Below, one piece after another: positions 60,500 through 64,000 of a stretch of 64,000 bases of DNA (its first letter is position 1; every line of letters begins with the position of its first letter). A program made the translations under genes and the position numbers. This stretch comes from Clostridiales bacterium (GTDB taxonomy: Bacteria > Bacillota > Clostridia > Lachnospirales > Lachnospiraceae). Location: the NCBI GenBank assembly GCA_012520645.1, contig JAAYNV010000025.1:24137-88136 (forward strand), in the 5' to 3' direction. The notes beneath the pieces are model-generated. The model saw nothing but the letters and a program-made list of their open reading frames with translations. It was not told the origin of the DNA and searched no databases.

Positions 60500-62842
60500 A
60501 TGAATTTAGAGAAAATTTTACAGCAGCTGGATGCGATTCATCCGATAGAAGAGGTAGAGCCATTTTTGCTGGAGCAGATGGAAGAAGCGAAAAAGCAGGG
60601 AGATATTCATACACTGATTTCTCTTGAAAATGAAATGATCGGACACTGCAGGGAAACAAGCCAGTTTGAAAAATCAAAGGAATACTGTAAAAAGGTGCTG
60701 GAGCTTTTGCAGGACAGCAATCTGAACGGATCGGTTGCCCACGCTACCACCTTAATCAATGTTGCTAATGCCTACAGGGCAGCAGGAAATTTGCAGGAAT
60801 CCCTGCAGTGCTTTCAGGCGGTATTTCCGTTGTATGAAGGAAGACTGGAAAAGACGGACTTTAACTATGCGAGTCTTTATAACAATCTAAGCCTTCTATA
60901 TCAGGAAATGGGCGATTTTGAGAAGTCCTGTGAAGCACTGAATCATGCACTGGAAATCGTAATCTTATATCCTGAGGCAAGAATTGAACTGGCGGTGACA
61001 CATACCAATCTTGCGACTTCCCTTCTGGCGTTAGGACGGCTGGATGATGCGCAGGAGCATCTGAATACGGCGATTGCACTTTTTAAAGAGGATGAAGAAA
61101 AAGATTATCACTATAGTGCGGCACTTGGAACACTGGGACAGATTCAGTATAAAAAGGGAGAATATGAGGCGGCAGCAGACTGTTTTGCAAAAGCCATGGA
61201 AGAAGTAGAAAAGCACATGGGACGCACGAAGGCCTATGAGATTTTGCAGGAAAACCGTAGACAGGCGCTTGCCATGCTGGAACAAAAGGACGTGACACAA
61301 GCGCAGGCAGAGGACCACAGTTTCGTGGAGAGCATGACCGGACTTGCACTCTGCGAAGCATATTATGAGACATATGGCAGGGAAATGATTCATAAGAAGT
61401 TCCCGGAGTATGAAAATCAGATTGCAGTGGGTCTTGTCGGAGAAGGATCGGACTGCTTTGGATTTGATGATGAGATATCCAGAGACCATGATTTTGGGCC
61501 GAGGTTTTGCATGTGGCTTACGGATTCCGTCTATGAAAAAATTGGGGAGGAGCTGCAGAGGGAATATGAGCATCTTCCGAAGGAATTTATGGGCTTTGAA
61601 AAGAATCCGACCATACAGGGAAAGGATCGTTGCCGTGTCTACCGTATTGGTGAGTTTTATGAACAGTTTCTCGGAATGACGCATGCACCGCAGACGATAG
61701 CAGAATGGCGCGTCATACCGGAAGAGAATCTGGCAACAGCCGTAAACGGAAAAGTCTTTCGGGACGACCTCGGTGAATTTACCAAAATCCGTACGCAGCT
61801 GCTTGCTTATTATCCGGACACGCTCTGGCGGGCGAAGCTTTCGGAGCATGTCGTAAAAATGGGACAGCTTGGACAGTGTAACTATGAACGGATGTGCAGA
61901 AGACAGGAATGGGTAACCGCAGAAGTCATCCTGGGGGAATACATGACAATTACGATGCAGACCGTATATCTGTTGAACCGTACTTATGCACCGTATTATA
62001 AATGGCTGCATAAGGGAATGAACAGCCTTGCAGTTTTGCCGGAGATTATGGATATTTTGAATGCCATTGTGGATATGCCGCGCAGGGATGAAAGAATTCC
62101 GATGACGATCGAAATTGTGGCATCCCTGATTCTTGCACAGTTAAAAGAGCAGAAGCTGATTCCGGAAGAACCGGTTGTGGAAGCAGATGTAAATTATCTT
62201 GAAAAATACGGAGTGGTTATTATGGGTGATGTAAAACAAAAAGAAGATCTGATAGATGCGCTGGTAAAGGAAGAATGGGAGGCATTTGACAAGGTAGAGA
62301 ACGAAGGAGGAAGAGCCTCCTGTCAGGATGACTGGGAGACCTTTTCCATCATGCGTAAAAGCCAGTATATGGAATGGGATGAAGAAATGCTGCAAAGCTA
62401 TCTGCATGATTTTGCGGCTGCAAAGCAGAAAGGCTGGAATCTGATTACCGAAAAGTACGGACGGATGATGGAGAGCACGACACCGGATGAATATGAGAAA
62501 ATCAAAGACAAACTTCCGTATCTTGCACCGGAGAAAAAGCAGATTATAGAAGAAATCGTAAAAATACAGGTCGGATTTATGGAAGAGCTTGCAGCCAGAT
62601 ATCCAAAGGTTGCGGGAACCGCAAGAAGCATCCATACCTATGAGGATAATCCTTTTAATACCTCTTATGAAACATATCTGCGGGGTGAGCTTTCTACCTA
62701 TTCGGATGAAACATTAAAGCTGTACGGAAGATTCATCGTTTCCCTCGCATCAAAGGGAGAGAACCTTGCCATGCGGATTATGGGAAATACCGCCAAACTG
62801 TATGGCTATACGACTCTTAACGAGTTGGAAAAACGACTTTAA
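60500..62842 (+). CDS. TPR repeats + pol-beta-type nucleotidyltransferase/DUF4037 + DUF4125 fusion protein (function unknown)
   Basis: 780 aa. The N-terminal ~270 aa are TPR-like. The NTase signature GSDCFGFDDEISRDHD lies at 61445-61492. The C-terminal ~180 aa (WEAFDKVENEGGRASCQDDWETFSIMRKSQY...) resemble DUF4125. Confidence 0.7.
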   Translation: MNLEKILQQLDAIHPIEEVEPFLLEQMEEAKKQGDIHTLISLENEMIGHCRETSQFEKSKEYCKKVLELLQDSNLNGSVAHATTLINVANAYRAAGNLQESLQCFQAVFPLYEGRLEKTDFNYASLYNNLSLLYQEMGDFEKSCEALNHALEIVILYPEARIELAVTHTNLATSLLALGRLDDAQEHLNTAIALFKEDEEKDYHYSAALGTLGQIQYKKGEYEAAADCFAKAMEEVEKHMGRTKAYEILQENRRQALAMLEQKDVTQAQAEDHSFVESMTGLALCEAYYETYGREMIHKKFPEYENQIAVGLVGEGSDCFGFDDEISRDHDFGPRFCMWLTDSVYEKIGEELQREYEHLPKEFMGFEKNPTIQGKDRCRVYRIGEFYEQFLGMTHAPQTIAEWRVIPEENLATAVNGKVFRDDLGEFTKIRTQLLAYYPDTLWRAKLSEHVVKMGQLGQCNYERMCRRQEWVTAEVILGEYMTITMQTVYLLNRTYAPYYKWLHKGMNSLAVLPEIMDILNAIVDMPRRDERIPMTIEIVASLILAQLKEQKLIPEEPVVEADVNYLEKYGVVIMGDVKQKEDLIDALVKEEWEAFDKVENEGGRASCQDDWETFSIMRKSQYMEWDEEMLQSYLHDFAAAKQKGWNLITEKYGRMMESTTPDEYEKIKDKLPYLAPEKKQIIEEIVKIQVGFMEELAARYPKVAGTARSIHTYEDNPFNTSYETYLRGELSTYSDETLKLYGRFIVSLASKGENLAMRIMGNTAKLYGYTTLNELEKRL

Positions 62843-62847
62843 TTAAG

Positions 62848-62876
62848 TTGTCACAGGCAGAAAAATATTGTATAAT
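62848..62876 (+). promoter_or_regulatory. Sigma-A promoter of the sensor gene
   Basis: TTGTCA (62848-62853), a 17-nt spacer, then TATAAT (62871-62876). Confidence 0.55.
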
Positions 62877-62917
62877 GATCTCATAATACAACTACAAATA
62901 AAGAGCGGGGGCAGCCT

Positions 62918-64000
62918 ATGAAAACGCAAAAGCAAAAAGGAATGATTTCCATTAAGGTAAAGTTGTTAGGAACCATTTTACCGGTGGTCATTATTATTAT
63001 GGTATTGCTGGTTGGAATATCATATTTTATCAGTAAAAATATTATAAAAGAATATTCTGAGAACCTTTTGAATTCTTCGATAGAAAATCAGGCGAATGAA
63101 ATAGAGGCGTGGCTGAATGAAAATCTGGCAGCATTTCAGATGGCGAAGCAGACGATGGAGAAGACAAGTCCGAGTCAGGCAGAGCTGCAGGCAATGCTGG
63201 ATGGCTATTATGGATTTAATGATAATTATATGGATGGGCTGTATATAGCGGATGAAAACGGTAATCTGATGGTTGCAGCAGGCTCTGCAAAGACAGAGAA
63301 CGATCCGACGCAGTCGGTCTGGTATAAAGAGGGACTGACCCGTTGGAATATGGGATTTACGCAAGCCTATACGAATGCGGATGGGGAGGCGGTTATCAGC
63401 GCTGTCGGTATCTTGCAGGATGGATCCGGTGTGATGAAGGTTATTTCGGCAGACCTGTCTTTGCAGAGAATCAGCATTATCGTAAACAGTTTTATTGAAA
63501 TGGATCAGGCACAGGCTTTTTTGGTAAACGCTTCGGACGGAAAGATTCTGGCGCATCGTGACACATCCCTGATTTCCACAAAGCTGAGTGAATCGAGTAG
63601 CAGTTTTATGCAGAATGTGGCACAGAAGTTAGCGTCACGGGATTATAAAATGTCAGAGATTGACCGGAATATGACGGCATTTAAGCGGATTGAAGGAACG
63701 GATTGGATTCTGGTGTCCTATATTCCGACGAATATCATCTATTCGGATATTGATGGTGTCAGAAAACTGATGCTTGTGATCGGTCTGGTATCTGTTGTAT
63801 TTCTGGCAGTTTTGATTGAACGCGTAGTATATCTTGTAATCCGTCCGGTCAAGGAATTGACAAAAGTGATTACGGATATGACAAATGGTGATTTTACAAT
63901 TCATGTGAAGTCTAAGAGCAGGGATGAAATTGGCGTCATGAGCCGTCATGTGGAGCAGTTCATTGAAACGATGAAGACGATGATCGCATCAATTCATTCT
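62918..64000 (+). CDS. dCache_1 + HAMP membrane sensor, probably a methyl-accepting chemotaxis protein (3' end outside the window)
   Basis: An open reading frame of 361 codons runs from the ATG at 62918 to the window edge, so it is absent from the track. It has a transmembrane helix, an extracellular double-Cache-like domain, a second transmembrane helix and a HAMP domain (RPVKELTKVITDMTNGDFT...DEIGVMSRHVEQF). The output domain is not visible. Confidence 0.75.
   Translation, partial: MKTQKQKGMISIKVKLLGTILPVVIIIMVLLVGISYFISKNIIKEYSENLLNSSIENQANEIEAWLNENLAAFQMAKQTMEKTSPSQAELQAMLDGYYGFNDNYMDGLYIADENGNLMVAAGSAKTENDPTQSVWYKEGLTRWNMGFTQAYTNADGEAVISAVGILQDGSGVMKVISADLSLQRISIIVNSFIEMDQAQAFLVNASDGKILAHRDTSLISTKLSESSSSFMQNVAQKLASRDYKMSEIDRNMTAFKRIEGTDWILVSYIPTNIIYSDIDGVRKLMLVIGLVSVVFLAVLIERVVYLVIRPVKELTKVITDMTNGDFTIHVKSKSRDEIGVMSRHVEQFIETMKTMIASIHS

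Noticed and set aside
61031-62011. 326-aa antisense ORF inside the TPR/NTase gene. Similar long antisense ORFs occur at 30127-30897, 14159-14806, 52485-53027 and 63020-63556.
   Set aside because: These are shadow frames opposite well-supported genes. They are rich in Arg, Cys, His, Ile and Phe, have no ribosome-binding sites, and show no recognisable motifs.

Overview
This 64-kb window looks like chromosome from a spore-forming, saccharolytic Firmicute of the class Clostridia, probably Lachnospiraceae-like. That placement rests only on gene content and on protein similarity recalled from memory. I support about 59 protein-coding genes and 7 tRNA genes (a six-gene cluster Pro-Gly-Arg-His-Gln-Lys plus a lone tRNA-Leu). 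I saw no rRNA genes, CRISPR arrays, transposases or integrases. The left and middle parts hold several glycan-utilisation modules, each with a LacI-type regulator: (1) an ABC permease and a GH51 arabinofuranosidase; (2) a GH94 cellobiose phosphorylase and GH2 beta-mannosidase operon, divergent from LacI, a CUT1 ABC transporter and a GH3 beta-glucosidase; (3) a GH36 alpha-galactosidase, LacI and a cellobiose 2-epimerase; (4) LacI and glycogen/maltodextrin phosphorylase; (5) a CUT1 ABC transporter, MalQ and LacI. The right part is housekeeping and sporulation-related (SASP, tig-clpP-clpX-lon-engB, ytvI, truA), followed by poorly characterised genes. Most worth a second look: (a) a solitary 617-aa OLD-family ABC-ATPase/TOPRIM fusion, resembling a PARIS AriA-AriB fusion, with an unusual Cys cluster, sitting between cutC and a SASP gene; (b) a candidate ~108-nt C-rich small RNA on the minus strand, back-to-back with an untracked 56-aa Asn/Gln-rich micro-ORF; (c) a translationally coupled DUF4250 micro-protein and a [2Fe-2S]-ASKHA (RACo-like) protein; (d) a TPR/pol-beta-nucleotidyltransferase/DUF4037/DUF4125 fusion; (e) a family of GAAAACG(A/T)TTT-type palindromic operators linking the LacI regulators to their targets. 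All functional calls come from motifs read in the translations and from remembered family signatures. No database search was run.
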